Shown one piece after another: positions 55,575-64,000 of a stretch of 64,000 bases of DNA (position 1 is the stretch's first letter; each line of letters begins with the position of its first letter). The DNA is taken from positions 473 to 64,472 of the forward strand of contig CAZTXY010000003.1 in the NCBI GenBank assembly GCA_964617815.1, read 5' to 3'. The notes beneath the pieces were generated by a model, which was not told the DNA's origin, made no database searches, and saw only the letters and a list, made by a program, of their open reading frames with translations. Both the position numbers and the translations under genes were made by a program. Source of the stretch: an uncultured Candidatus Saccharibacteria bacterium. Lineage in GTDB: Bacteria; Patescibacteriota; Doudnabacteria; UBA920.

Positions 55575-57476
55575 ATGTCTAAAATTATAGGAATTGACTT
55601 AGGAACAAGTAATAGCGCAGCAAGTGTGATGGAAGCTGGTAAGCCAGTCATTATCCCTGCTGCTGAAGGTGCAAGTTTAGGTGGCAAGGCTTTTCCATCT
55701 TACGTGGCTTTTACCAAAGAAGGTGAGCTTCTTGTTGGCGAGCCTGCGCGCAGACAGACAGTCACTAACCCAGAAGGCACAATTTTTGAAGCGAAGCGCA
55801 AGATGGGTACAAAATTTAAGTATACTGTTAATGGTAAAGACTATGCTCCAGAACAAATCAGTGCTTTTATTTTGCAAAAAATTAAGAAAGACGCGGAAAG
55901 CTATCTTGGCGATAAAGTTGAGAAAGCCGTAATTACTGTACCGGCTTACTTCGATGATGCTCAGCGCCAAGCCACAAAACATGCTGGAGAGATTGCGGGC
56001 TTGGAAGTTGTGCGTGTGATTAACGAGCCAACTGCGGCCGCTTTCGCTTATGGTATCGACAAAACTGGTGCTAAGGATCAGAAAATTTTAGTGTTCGATC
56101 TTGGTGGCGGTACGCTTGACGTGACTATCATGGATTTTGGTGAAGTCGACGGCCAAGCTACTTTTGAGGTGCTCTCTACTAGTGGAGATACCGCACTTGG
56201 TGGTAAAGATATGGACGCTAGCTTAATTGATCATATTGTAAAAACTTTCAAAGATGAAAGTGGTGTTGATTTAAGTAGTGATAAAATGGCAATGAATCGT
56301 GTTCGCGAAACAGCGGAAAAAGCTAAAATTGAGTTGTCTACAACTTTAGAAACTGAATTGAACTTACCTTTCATTACGGCAGATAGCTCCGGTCCAAAAC
56401 ATTTGCAAATGAAGTTGACTCGCGCAAAATTGGAAGACTTGGTCAAACCAATTGTCGAGCGTATGCGTACGCCAGTACAGCAAGCTTTATCTGATGCAAA
56501 ACTAACACCGCAACAAATTGAAAAAATTATTATGGTTGGTGGTCCAACTCGCATGCCTATAGTCACTAAGTTTGTTGAAGACTACGTTGGTAAGCAAATT
56601 GAGCGCGGTGTGGATCCAATGGAGGCTGTGGCTAAAGGTGCTGCTATTCAAGCTGGAGTTCTTTCTGGTGACGTTGCTGGTAAAGAAATTTTATTGCTCG
56701 ACGTGACGCCTTTGACCTTAGGCTTAGAGACTTTAGGTGGCGTGCGCACTCCAATTATTGACCGTAATACTACAGTGCCAACTTCAAAGAGCCAAGTTTT
56801 TTCTACAGCCGCTGACAATCAAACTTCAGTAGAGATTCATGTCCTCCAAGGGGAGCGCGAATTTGCTAACGACAACAAAGACTTGGGACGTTTTATTCTC
56901 GATGGTCTTCCTCCAGCGCCTCGCGGGATTCCCCAAGTTGAAGTCACGTTTGATATAGACGCCAGTGGGATTTTAACAGTTAAAGCAAAAGATAAAGCTA
57001 GCGGTAAAGAACAGCATATTACTATTCAAGGTTCAGCTAGTTTGAATAAAGAGGAAGTTGAGAGAATGAAAAAAGAAGCTGAAAGCCATGCTGAAGAAGA
57101 CAGAAAGCGTCGCGAAACCGTGGATATGAGAAACCAAGCCGACACACTTTTGGCTGTCTCAGAAAAGACCCTAAAAGATGCTGGTGACAAAGCTAAGGCA
57201 GAAGACAAAGCCGAAGTGGAAAGCAAAGTAGCAAGTTTAAAAGAAGTGAAAGATAAAGACGATGTAGACGCTATTCGTAAAGCTGTGGACGAATTATCCG
57301 CTGCTATTCAAAAAGTTGGCGCGGCTATGTACGAATCTTCTGCTGAAGCGACAGCGAACAAGGCAACAGAAACAACTGGAGATGCAGCTGGTGCAGACAA
57401 AGGACCTGTGGACGCAGAATTTAAAGAAGTTAAAGAAGAAAGTTCAGAACAAACACCTAAGGATGAAGTTAAATAA
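55575..57476 (+). CDS. dnaK: Molecular chaperone DnaK (Hsp70)
   Basis: [33 protein letters not shown] and others. The start is moved to MSKIIG, which has SD aaagga upstream. The longer ORF-track start merely translates the repeat element. Confidence 0.95.
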   Translation: MSKIIGIDLGTSNSAASVMEAGKPVIIPAAEGASLGGKAFPSYVAFTKEGELLVGEPARRQTVTNPEGTIFEAKRKMGTKFKYTVNGKDYAPEQISAFILQKIKKDAESYLGDKVEKAVITVPAYFDDAQRQATKHAGEIAGLEVVRVINEPTAAAFAYGIDKTGAKDQKILVFDLGGGTLDVTIMDFGEVDGQATFEVLSTSGDTALGGKDMDASLIDHIVKTFKDESGVDLSSDKMAMNRVRETAEKAKIELSTTLETELNLPFITADSSGPKHLQMKLTRAKLEDLVKPIVERMRTPVQQALSDAKLTPQQIEKIIMVGGPTRMPIVTKFVEDYVGKQIERGVDPMEAVAKGAAIQAGVLSGDVAGKEILLLDVTPLTLGLETLGGVRTPIIDRNTTVPTSKSQVFSTAADNQTSVEIHVLQGEREFANDNKDLGRFILDGLPPAPRGIPQVEVTFDIDASGILTVKAKDKASGKEQHITIQGSASLNKEEVERMKKEAESHAEEDRKRRETVDMRNQADTLLAVSEKTLKDAGDKAKAEDKAEVESKVASLKEVKDKDDVDAIRKAVDELSAAIQKVGAAMYESSAEATANKATETTGDAAGADKGPVDAEFKEVKEESSEQTPKDEVK

Positions 57477-57482
57477 ATGAAA

Positions 57483-57512
57483 GGGCGACCACGTTGCTGT
57501 ACGTGGCCGCCC
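57483..57512 (+). terminator. GC-rich hairpin immediately after the dnaK stop (gggcgaccacgt tgctgt acgtggccgccc)
   Basis: 12-bp stem with one mismatch. The U-tract is weak. Confidence 0.4.
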
Positions 57513-57858
57513 AGTTAGCTCTTTGAGACCTTGCTTTGAGATCTCATATAGATAAGGATCGCCTCCTTTAGACCGCGTTCGGAGAGATGGTTCGAACGTG
57601 CGCGATACCGACCGTGGTCGCAATCATAAGGTGTCCTCCTGTTTGGAGCCGGCGCAAGGCTCGGCTGAGTGTGGTGGTTGATGCAACGGGGCAATCTTCT
57701 CCCGTGGTCGCATCTGTGGGTCGAGACCGAAGAATCTTCGGCTCAACCGCTTGAATTGCTTCGCAACCGAGGCGTACATAATGGCTTTCACCTCGACTCG
57801 GATTTACTAATTAAAGTATATCATAGTAGTTATTAATTAATAAAAAATCTAAAAATAT

Positions 57859-58176
57859 ATGGAAAACAATCAACCTTCCTCAAATGGCGGGCAACAACAG
57901 GGACAACAAATCCAAGTTAAAGCAACAGATGCAGTTTTGGCAGGACTTTACGCCAACATGCTTCAAGTTTCTCATACTAAGGAAGAATTTGTGTTAGACT
58001 TTATGAACTTGTTTCCTCCAACTGGCATCCTTGGAAGCCGTGTTATTGTTAGTCCTGCGCACATGAAGCGCATCATGTTAGCTTTGGAAGATAACTTGAA
58101 AAAATACGAAGAACAGTTTGGAAAAATTGAAGCCGGGCAAAATCCGCAACAAAGTTACGGTTTCAGAACAGAGTAA
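57859..58176 (+). CDS. Conserved hypothetical protein (DUF-type) between dnaK and dnaJ
   Basis: 105 aa with a Q-rich N-terminus. It sits inside the chaperone operon. Confidence 0.45.
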   Translation: MENNQPSSNGGQQQGQQIQVKATDAVLAGLYANMLQVSHTKEEFVLDFMNLFPPTGILGSRVIVSPAHMKRIMLALEDNLKKYEEQFGKIEAGQNPQQSYGFRTE

Positions 58177-58179
58177 TTT

Positions 58180-58220
58180 TCAGTAGTCCTAAGTACTAAG
58201 TACTTAGTACTCAGTACTAC
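58180..58220. repeat. AGTACT-heptad array (cctAAGTACT AAGTACT TAGTACT CAGTACT ac) upstream of dnaJ
   Basis: Four 7-bp units built on the AGTACT palindrome. Confidence 0.6.
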
Positions 58221-58225
58221 AAAAT

Positions 58226-59383
58226 ATGGCAAAAGATTTTTATGAAATACTTGGAGTAAACAAGTCTGCTAACGCAGATGAGATTAAACGCGCCTACAGA
58301 AAAAAGGCTCATGAGTATCATCCAGACAAAGGCGTGGGCAATGAAGAAAAGTTTAAAGAAGTTAATGAAGCGTATCAAGTTTTATCGAGCAGTGACAAGC
58401 GCTCACAGTACGATCAGTTTGGCCAGACCTATGAGCAGGCACAGCGAAACGGGGGAGCTGGTCCCGGTGGTTTTGGTGGTAATCCTTTCGGTGAAGGTTA
58501 TGATTTTTCAGGTTTTGGCCAAGGTGGTAATGTAAAATTCGACTTAGGAGATATTTTTGGTGATATTTTTGGGGGTCGGCAAGAACGTCAGAGCCGTCGC
58601 ACTCGTGGTGTAGATTTAGAAATGCCTGTAACAATTAGTTTTCAAGAGGCTGTATTTGGCATAGAAAAAGAATTGCAGTTAGAGAAAAAAGACACTTGTC
58701 CGACTTGCAAAGGAAATGGGGCAGAAGTTGGCACTAAAATAGTGACGTGTTCAAAGTGTCATGGTCAAGGTCAAATTATTACAATGCGCCGCACTATTTT
58801 TGGGCAAATGCAATCTGCAACTACTTGTGATAAGTGTGATGGTGACGGAAAGATTCCAGAAGTCCCCTGTAAGCAATGTAGTGGCGCTGGGATTTTGCGT
58901 CAAAGTAAAACTTTGCAAGTTAAAATTCCCGCGGGGATAGATAATGGCCAACGCATTCGAATTTCCAAAGAAGGGGAGATTGGTTATAAAGGTAGTAACC
59001 CTGGAGATTTGTATTTAAATATAAAAGTAAAACCACATGCCGAATTTAAGCGCTCAGGACAAGACTTACTTAAAGATTTGCCAGTGAGTTTTACCCAAGC
59101 CGCTTTAGGTGCAAAAATTAATTTTTCAACACTTGATGGAGATATTGAGTTAAAAGTTCCCACTGGAACTCAGTCCGGAACTGTTTTAAAAGTTTCTGGA
59201 AAAGGTGCACCTTTTATTAACAGTGGTAAGCGAGGCGATTTGCTAATTACAATTCGGGTTGTAGTCCCTGGAAAGCTGTCGAAAAAAGAAACAGATCTTC
59301 TAAAAGAGCTGGCAAAAGCCAGAGGGGAAACAGTGGAAGTTGATAAAGGATTTTGGGATAGCATTAAAGGAAGTTTTAATTAA
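58226..59383 (+). CDS. dnaJ: Molecular chaperone DnaJ
   Basis: J-domain with HPD (YHPDKG), a G/F-rich region, four CxxCxGxG zinc-finger repeats and the C-terminal domains. Confidence 0.9.
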   Translation: MAKDFYEILGVNKSANADEIKRAYRKKAHEYHPDKGVGNEEKFKEVNEAYQVLSSSDKRSQYDQFGQTYEQAQRNGGAGPGGFGGNPFGEGYDFSGFGQGGNVKFDLGDIFGDIFGGRQERQSRRTRGVDLEMPVTISFQEAVFGIEKELQLEKKDTCPTCKGNGAEVGTKIVTCSKCHGQGQIITMRRTIFGQMQSATTCDKCDGDGKIPEVPCKQCSGAGILRQSKTLQVKIPAGIDNGQRIRISKEGEIGYKGSNPGDLYLNIKVKPHAEFKRSGQDLLKDLPVSFTQAALGAKINFSTLDGDIELKVPTGTQSGTVLKVSGKGAPFINSGKRGDLLITIRVVVPGKLSKKETDLLKELAKARGETVEVDKGFWDSIKGSFN

Positions 59384-59388
59384 ATCTG

Positions 59389-59423
59389 AAACTGTCCCGA
59401 TGTACATCGGGGCAGTTTTTTTG
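59389..59423 (+). terminator. Intrinsic terminator after dnaJ (ctgtcccgatg tac atcggggcag then ttttttt)
   Basis: 11-bp stem with one mismatch, followed by a 7-T tract. Confidence 0.65.
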
Positions 59424-59509
59424 ACCCAGAAACTGTGGCGTGGTAGAGTAATAAGCTTGAGTCCAACTTTGTTTGGACCTGGCTACCACTAAAAGGAGGC
59501 GTTTACGCC

Positions 59510-61003
59510 ATGAAAAAGTCCTGGGCCATTAGGTTCTGGTTGATTCTTCGCTCGATATGCAATATCTGGCGGGGTCAGGTGATGGTGGTCGTTGGCGCCT
59601 ACTGGGGCGACGAAGGTAAAGGAAAAGTGGTTGATGGAATCGGCCGCTTGTACGATATCATTGTCCGTTTCGGTGGTGGAGCCAATGCAGGCCACACGGT
59701 GTTTACTCCAGACGGGCGCAAGGTTGTGTGCCATCTGATTCCTTGCGGTGTTGCTTGGGGCAAGACCTGTGTGATTGGCCGAGGTGTGCTCTTCTCGTTG
59801 AGTTCATTTCTGAAAGAGTACCTTGAGATCGCAATGGTTCTTGGCGGTGTCATGCCTGTGATTTACATTGACACGGGCTGCACGTTGTTCACTCCGTATC
59901 ATCGGTTGTTCGAATTTTGGGGAGAGACTCTCCGGAATGGCAAAATTGGAACAACTGGTCGCGCGATCGGAGCATTGGCAGCTTTTGACAAACTTCGGTA
60001 TGGGCCAAAGGTTGGAGATCTGTTTTCTCCAGCTAGGCTTGAAGAGAGGGTTACAGAACTCTACTCCTTGCTTTTACCGATTTTTGAAGAAATGTTGGAC
60101 AGAAAGGAGAAGGGCGACGCAGACTTCAAGGATGTAGTCATCCCAACTCCACAGGAGGTGGTCGCACAACTTCTTTTGGAGGCGCAAAATCTTCCGAAGG
60201 ACTGCGTCATCGACACGCGAAGTTTTTTGCTCAAGCAGATTGCTTTGGGCAAAAAGATTCTTCTCGAAGGCGCACAGGCTGCAGGGCTCGACAGCAAGTG
60301 GGGAACTTGGCCTTTTGTTTCAGCTGGCGACTCTGTCGCCGCGGGAGCTTCTTTGGGTACTGGCCTGCCAATGTACTTGATCACTAGGATTATGATGGTT
60401 GGCAAGGCTTTGCCTTCGCGCGTTGGTCGTGGTCCCTTTCCTTCAGAGATGTGGGATAGAGACCTCATTGCTGATTTTGGTGAAGAACACATGTACCTGT
60501 TTTCGCCAGGGAAACGAAGAGACGGTTTCCTCGCTGATCTGCGAGAACAGATAAACATGGGCGGCAACAATGAGGTGCATGCCAAGTATTTTGGAGTGCT
60601 GGGCCTTGAGCTTGGCGCCAGTACCAGTCGTGTTCGGAGCCTTGGCTTCAGCGATTTGCCTTGGTTGCGTTACTCGGCTGAGGTAAATGGCGCCACCGAG
60701 ATGGCTCTGACCCGTCTGGACATGCTGTCTGGAATTGACTCAATTCAGGTCGCGGTCGCTTACAAATACGAGGGGGAGATTTTTCCTCCGGGGCAAATGC
60801 CAGTCTCGGCTTTCGACTTGGATCAGGTCGAGCCGGTTTACGAAGATTGGCCGTGCTGGAAGGAGGATATTTCTGGAGTGAGCAAGTGGCGTGACTTGCC
60901 GCGCGAAGCTAGGGTCTTCATCAAGCGGATGGAAGCTGCGGTCGGCGTGCCCATTACCGTGATTGGGACGGGGCGTGGTCGCGAAGCTCTCATTCGAAGG
61001 TAG
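59510..61003 (+). CDS. purA: Adenylosuccinate synthetase
   Basis: GAYWGDEGKGKVVD (P-loop), GGANAGHTV, GTTGRA, GAQAAGLD and PSRVGRGPFP. Strong SD aaaggagg before the ATG at 59510. An alternative start at MVVVGAYWGDE (59582) would remove an atypical 24-aa N-terminal extension. GC-rich. Confidence 0.8.
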   Translation: MKKSWAIRFWLILRSICNIWRGQVMVVVGAYWGDEGKGKVVDGIGRLYDIIVRFGGGANAGHTVFTPDGRKVVCHLIPCGVAWGKTCVIGRGVLFSLSSFLKEYLEIAMVLGGVMPVIYIDTGCTLFTPYHRLFEFWGETLRNGKIGTTGRAIGALAAFDKLRYGPKVGDLFSPARLEERVTELYSLLLPIFEEMLDRKEKGDADFKDVVIPTPQEVVAQLLLEAQNLPKDCVIDTRSFLLKQIALGKKILLEGAQAAGLDSKWGTWPFVSAGDSVAAGASLGTGLPMYLITRIMMVGKALPSRVGRGPFPSEMWDRDLIADFGEEHMYLFSPGKRRDGFLADLREQINMGGNNEVHAKYFGVLGLELGASTSRVRSLGFSDLPWLRYSAEVNGATEMALTRLDMLSGIDSIQVAVAYKYEGEIFPPGQMPVSAFDLDQVEPVYEDWPCWKEDISGVSKWRDLPREARVFIKRMEAAVGVPITVIGTGRGREALIRR

Positions 61004-61015
61004 GTTGGTTTTCTT

Positions 61016-61068
61016 GGGGTTTCCTGCGTGCAGTCGTGCCCGCAGGAAACCCCTTCTTTCTTTTTAAG
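61016..61068 (+). terminator. Intrinsic terminator after purA (ggggtttcctgcg...cgcaggaaacccc then ttctttcttttt)
   Basis: 13-bp GC stem followed by a T-tract. Confidence 0.7.
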
Positions 61069-61126
61069 TCATAGAATTAAAGTTTTATGGTATAATAGAA
61101 AAAAGAGATAATCTATAGAAACAAAA

Positions 61127-61675
61127 ATGGATCAGATAGAAATTGTTAGAAAGTTAATCAATCAATTCAACTGGCATACGCCAAGTTGGGATTTGTTCAT
61201 TGTTTTAGCGTGGCTTGTGGTTAGCGTTATTTATGCTTTTGCTTCTGGACGCGGCAGAATTTTGACAGTGCTAATGAGTCTTTGTATGGCTAAACTTGTC
61301 GTTATTGAGGCACCATTTTTAAGCACTGAAGTTGCTCAACGTTTTAATATTGGTGTGGCATCTCTTCAACAGTTGGTGACTTTTTCTGGACTATTTTTAT
61401 TATTTTTTGTTTTCTTGGGACGATATGTGTTTAAAACCGCAGCAGATGGTAAACAAATTTCTGGAATGGTCTTTAGTTTAGTTTTTTCTTTCTTACAAGT
61501 TGGACTTTTGATAAATACAATTTTAACTTTACTTCCAAAAAATATCCAGGCTAATTTTACGCAGTTAATTCAGTTTGCCTTTATCAAGGATCCGGCAAGC
61601 TTTGTTTGGTTAGTCTTACCCATAGGGTTTTTAATAGTTTTGGGTCGTCTTGTGTCCGACAGAGCAGAGGTATAA
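61127..61675 (+). CDS. CvpA-like 4-TM membrane protein, hypothetical
   Basis: Four hydrophobic helices in about 180 aa. Confidence 0.4.
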   Translation: MDQIEIVRKLINQFNWHTPSWDLFIVLAWLVVSVIYAFASGRGRILTVLMSLCMAKLVVIEAPFLSTEVAQRFNIGVASLQQLVTFSGLFLLFFVFLGRYVFKTAADGKQISGMVFSLVFSFLQVGLLINTILTLLPKNIQANFTQLIQFAFIKDPASFVWLVLPIGFLIVLGRLVSDRAEV

Positions 61676-61678
61676 AAA

Positions 61679-61710
61679 TAGTACTTGGTACTGAGTACTT
61701 AGTACTTAGG
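61679..61710. repeat. AGTACT-heptad array (tAGTACTT GGTACTG AGTACTT AGTACTT agg), left flank of the four-helix-bundle gene
   Basis: Four units. Confidence 0.6.
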
Positions 61711-62061
61711 AACTGCATTCTTGTTAGCAAGGCTCCATAGCATTTTTTGAATAGAATTTAATCGTAAGAGTATCTGATTGATTGAAATATTTGGATACTC
61801 TTTTTGTATAATTAGTAGTTGAGTTTCAAGCTCATATGCTGACCCTAAGGAAATATTTAAAAATCTAATTAATTCAGGCTTGGTGTGTCTTCCAAATCCT
61901 TCTGATATATTCGAAGGTATGGATATTGCGGCTCTTAGTATCTGGGAAATTAAAATAAACTGCTCAGAGCTAGGTAATTGCTTAGCTATTTTATACATGT
62001 CAGAGGTTAATTGCATCGATTGTTGCCAAACAATCAAATCCTTGTGGTTGCTAATTGCCAT
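61699..62061 (-). CDS. Four-helix-bundle protein (TIGR02436 family, the type found in 23S rRNA intervening sequences)
   Basis: Signature blocks DLIVWQQSMQL, ISIPSNISEGFGR and GSAYELETQL. 120 aa. Confidence 0.75.
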   Translation of the reverse strand: MAISNHKDLIVWQQSMQLTSDMYKIAKQLPSSEQFILISQILRAAISIPSNISEGFGRHTKPELIRFLNISLGSAYELETQLLIIQKEYPNISINQILLRLNSIQKMLWSLANKNAVPKY

Positions 62062-62069
62062 ATGCGTTT

Positions 62070-62103
62070 TTCTCAGTACCCAGTACTAAGTACTAAGTAC
62101 TCC
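62070..62103. repeat. AGTACT-heptad array (tCAGTACC CAGTACT AAGTACT AAGTACT cc), right flank of the four-helix-bundle gene
   Basis: Four units. Confidence 0.6.
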
Positions 62104-62145
62104 TTTTTTATTATGGCAAAGTGCACTTTGCCATAATAAAAAAGG
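62104..62145. terminator. Perfect 40-bp palindrome (ttttttattatggcaaagtgcactttgccataataaaaaa), a bidirectional terminator-like element
   Basis: Reverse-complement symmetry was checked base by base. A/T runs lie on both sides. Confidence 0.65.
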
Positions 62146-62148
62146 TCA

Positions 62149-62847
62149 TTAAACCTTTTGGGTGATGCCATCACTATCTTGTGATTGAAATTTATAGCCT
62201 CTGGCAGGTATGGTGTGAATGAGTTTTTGTTTTGGACGTTTGCCTAGCTTGCGTCTTAAATTTAAAATGTGTGTTTCGATGGTGTTAGAAAACATATCAG
62301 CGTGAATGTCCCAAACGTGCTCCATTATCATTCCGCGGCTTAGTACCATGCCTTGATTTTTCATGAGGTACTCAAGAAGCTCAAACTCTTTACGTGTGAG
62401 ATAGATTTCCTTGTCGCCTCGCTTGACTATATGTTTATGAATGTCTAAGTAGAGGTCTCCGGCATTTAGTACTGAACTTTCAATTTCTCTGGGGCGCCGA
62501 AGGATGGCCCGAAGTCTCGCTAGGAGCTCTTCAAACAAAATTGGCTTATGCATGTAGTCATCTGCCCCACTATTTAAGTGCTCGACTTTATTCTGAATAT
62601 CTGGATGGTGGGACAGAATTAGTATTGGTGCATGCCTTTTTCTTTGCCTGAGCTCTAGGCATATCTCTCGACCTGATTTTTGCGGTAAATCGCTGGCAAT
62701 AATGAGTGCATCGTAGTCATTGGTGCGGGCTAAGAAAGACCCACGTTCCCCGTCCGGGCTCGTGTCAACAGTAAAGCACTCTTTAGTAAAACTATTTTTT
62801 AAAAACTCTCGTAGCTCGTGCTCACTCTCAATAATGAGGATTCGCAT
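62149..62847 (-). CDS. OmpR-family response regulator (REC + winged-helix DNA-binding domain), atypical receiver
   Basis: C-terminal trans_reg_C (LTRKEFELLEYLMKNQGMVLSRGMIMEHVWD...GYKF). The N-terminal receiver reads IIESEHE in place of the DD pair. Confidence 0.7.
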   Translation of the reverse strand: MRILIIESEHELREFLKNSFTKECFTVDTSPDGERGSFLARTNDYDALIIASDLPQKSGREICLELRQRKRHAPILILSHHPDIQNKVEHLNSGADDYMHKPILFEELLARLRAILRRPREIESSVLNAGDLYLDIHKHIVKRGDKEIYLTRKEFELLEYLMKNQGMVLSRGMIMEHVWDIHADMFSNTIETHILNLRRKLGKRPKQKLIHTIPARGYKFQSQDSDGITQKV

Positions 62848-63054
62848 ATAGCTGGATTAATAATAAAAAATAAAAAATCAAGGTAGATAAGCCTGATTTT
62901 TAAGATTTTTGTATTTATTTTTCCCCTAGCGCCTCCAATATAGCACACCCTGAAAACTTTGCAAGTGGCACTAAATTTTTTTAAAAAAGTCTTTATCTTT
63001 TCTTTATCTACTTTGTGCTAAACTTACTTCCCCCCTAATTTTAAAAGGCTTTTT

Positions 63055-63131
63055 GTGTCATTCCAGAAGCCACGAGTCATCGAGGGCTATGTGGAATCCA
63101 TGGTTCTGGATCCCGGATCAAGTCCGGGATG
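63055..63131. repeat. MITE/REP-like palindromic element, copy R7 (gtgtcattccagaagc...ggatcccggatcaagtccgggatgacaag)
   Basis: It shares the gtgtcattccag 5' end and the gggatgacaa 3' end with R5 and R6. It contains the hairpin cccggatcaagtccggg. Confidence 0.7.
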
Positions 63132-63162
63132 ACAAGAAAATAAAGTTTTGGCCAAAGGTTCG

Positions 63163-64000
63163 TTAGCTACTCCAGCGGGCAAAGATTCCTGTGGAAATAA
63201 GCCGTTTGTCTTGTTGGGTTAGGCAGAGTTCGCCACATTCAATTTGGCCGTGGCGATTTTGGAAGATGTCTTCTGTTAAATTATTTAGGGCTATAGCAGA
63301 GGAGTTTGTGGCGTAGCCGTTAACTAGTACAAACTTTGCTGTAGGGGAGAGAATTTTGTTACAAAGTTCAAGAAGGTATGGAAGGTCTTGATTAAATTTC
63401 CATGTTTTTCCTGTTGGGGAGTGACCAAAAGCAGGAGGGTCCATAATAATTCCGTCGTATTGTGCTCCACGCTTTATTTCACGTGTGACAAATTTTATTG
63501 CATCATCAAGAATCCAGCGAATAGAATCAGCAGGAATTTTATTTAACACTTGATTTTCTTTTGCCCAACCAATACTTGGTTTGCTTGCATCAACATGGGT
63601 AACAAAGCAACCCATTTTTGCTAAGGCAATGGATGCTCCACCGGTGTAAGCAAACAGGTTTAAAATTTTTGGTTTGCCACCATCACTTGGCGTAAAATTT
63701 TTAACTTGATCCGTCAGCCATTTCCAGTTGGCAGCTTGTTCTGCAAAAATTCCAGTATGTTTAAAAGGGGTGAGCCGAGCAAGGAGTGTAATGTCTCCAA
63801 AGTTGACTTCCCACGGTTCATTGATGGGATTATTTTTTATCCAGGTTCCTGCTTCTCCTTTGCCTTCAAAAATTGCATCTGCTTTATCCCAGACCTCATC
63901 ACTCAGGTGACGTTGCCAGATTATTTGGGGGTCAGGACGTTGCAGGACATACTCGCCCCATTTTTCAAGGCGAAAACCATCTCCGGTGTCGAGAAGTTCA
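63163..64000 (-). CDS. Class I SAM-dependent rRNA methyltransferase, RlmI-like (23S m5C), 5'-truncated at the window edge
   Basis: SAM motif I KILNLFAYTGGASIALAKMG (extended by hand beyond the ORF-track start) and motif IV IIMDPPAFG. The reading frame is open to coordinate 64000. Confidence 0.6.
   Translation of the reverse strand, partial: ELLDTGDGFRLEKWGEYVLQRPDPQIIWQRHLSDEVWDKADAIFEGKGEAGTWIKNNPINEPWEVNFGDITLLARLTPFKHTGIFAEQAANWKWLTDQVKNFTPSDGGKPKILNLFAYTGGASIALAKMGCFVTHVDASKPSIGWAKENQVLNKIPADSIRWILDDAIKFVTREIKRGAQYDGIIMDPPAFGHSPTGKTWKFNQDLPYLLELCNKILSPTAKFVLVNGYATNSSAIALNNLTEDIFQNRHGQIECGELCLTQQDKRLISTGIFARWSS

Overview
The window has a low-GC backbone (roughly high-30s % G+C by eye) whose gene content looks like a Gram-positive-type or CPR/Patescibacteria-like reduced genome. 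Backbone genes include phosphohexomutase, trpS, RNase J, an OppA-like substrate-binding protein, secG, uvrC and uvrA, the CIRCE-hrcA-grpE-dnaK-(DUF)-dnaJ chaperone locus, a sortase homolog with LPXTG-type substrates, a LOG-family protein, an extracytoplasmic thioredoxin/CcdA/TlpA operon, an OmpR-type regulator and an RlmI-like methyltransferase. Three things stand out. (1) At least ten short, sharply bounded high-GC islands are spliced into the AT-rich backbone. Each has canonical GGAGG Shine-Dalgarno sites and its own GC-rich terminator hairpin. Together they carry a near-complete set of de novo nucleotide-synthesis genes (pyrE, pyrF, purM-like, pyrD-pyrC, purH, purA) plus small hypothetical cassettes and two orphan receiver-domain paralogs, one of which has lost its phospho-Asp. 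(2) A family of about seven small MITE/REP-like palindromic elements with gtcatYcc...ggRatgac termini sits mostly between genes, but one 75-bp copy is inserted in frame inside uvrC. (3) Two families of tandem heptad arrays built from 6-bp palindromes (ACTAGT-N and AGTACT-N, 4-5 units each) fill short spacers between genes, and one pair of arrays plus a perfect 40-bp palindrome brackets a four-helix-bundle gene. There is also an envelope glycosylation cluster (processive GT2, flippase, GtrB-like polyprenyl-P glycosyltransferase, a 1425-aa GT2+membrane fusion and polytopic membrane proteins) next to a surface-protein cluster (an LPRTG protein with a (GY)10 microsatellite, two secreted paralogs sharing a repeat module with a 1272-aa surface protein, a sortase homolog whose TLxTC cysteine reads Ser), a Sec-secreted RTX beta-roll protein, and one tRNA-Leu(CAG) sitting next to a diverged copy of its own 3' end. 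No CRISPR array and no rRNA were seen.
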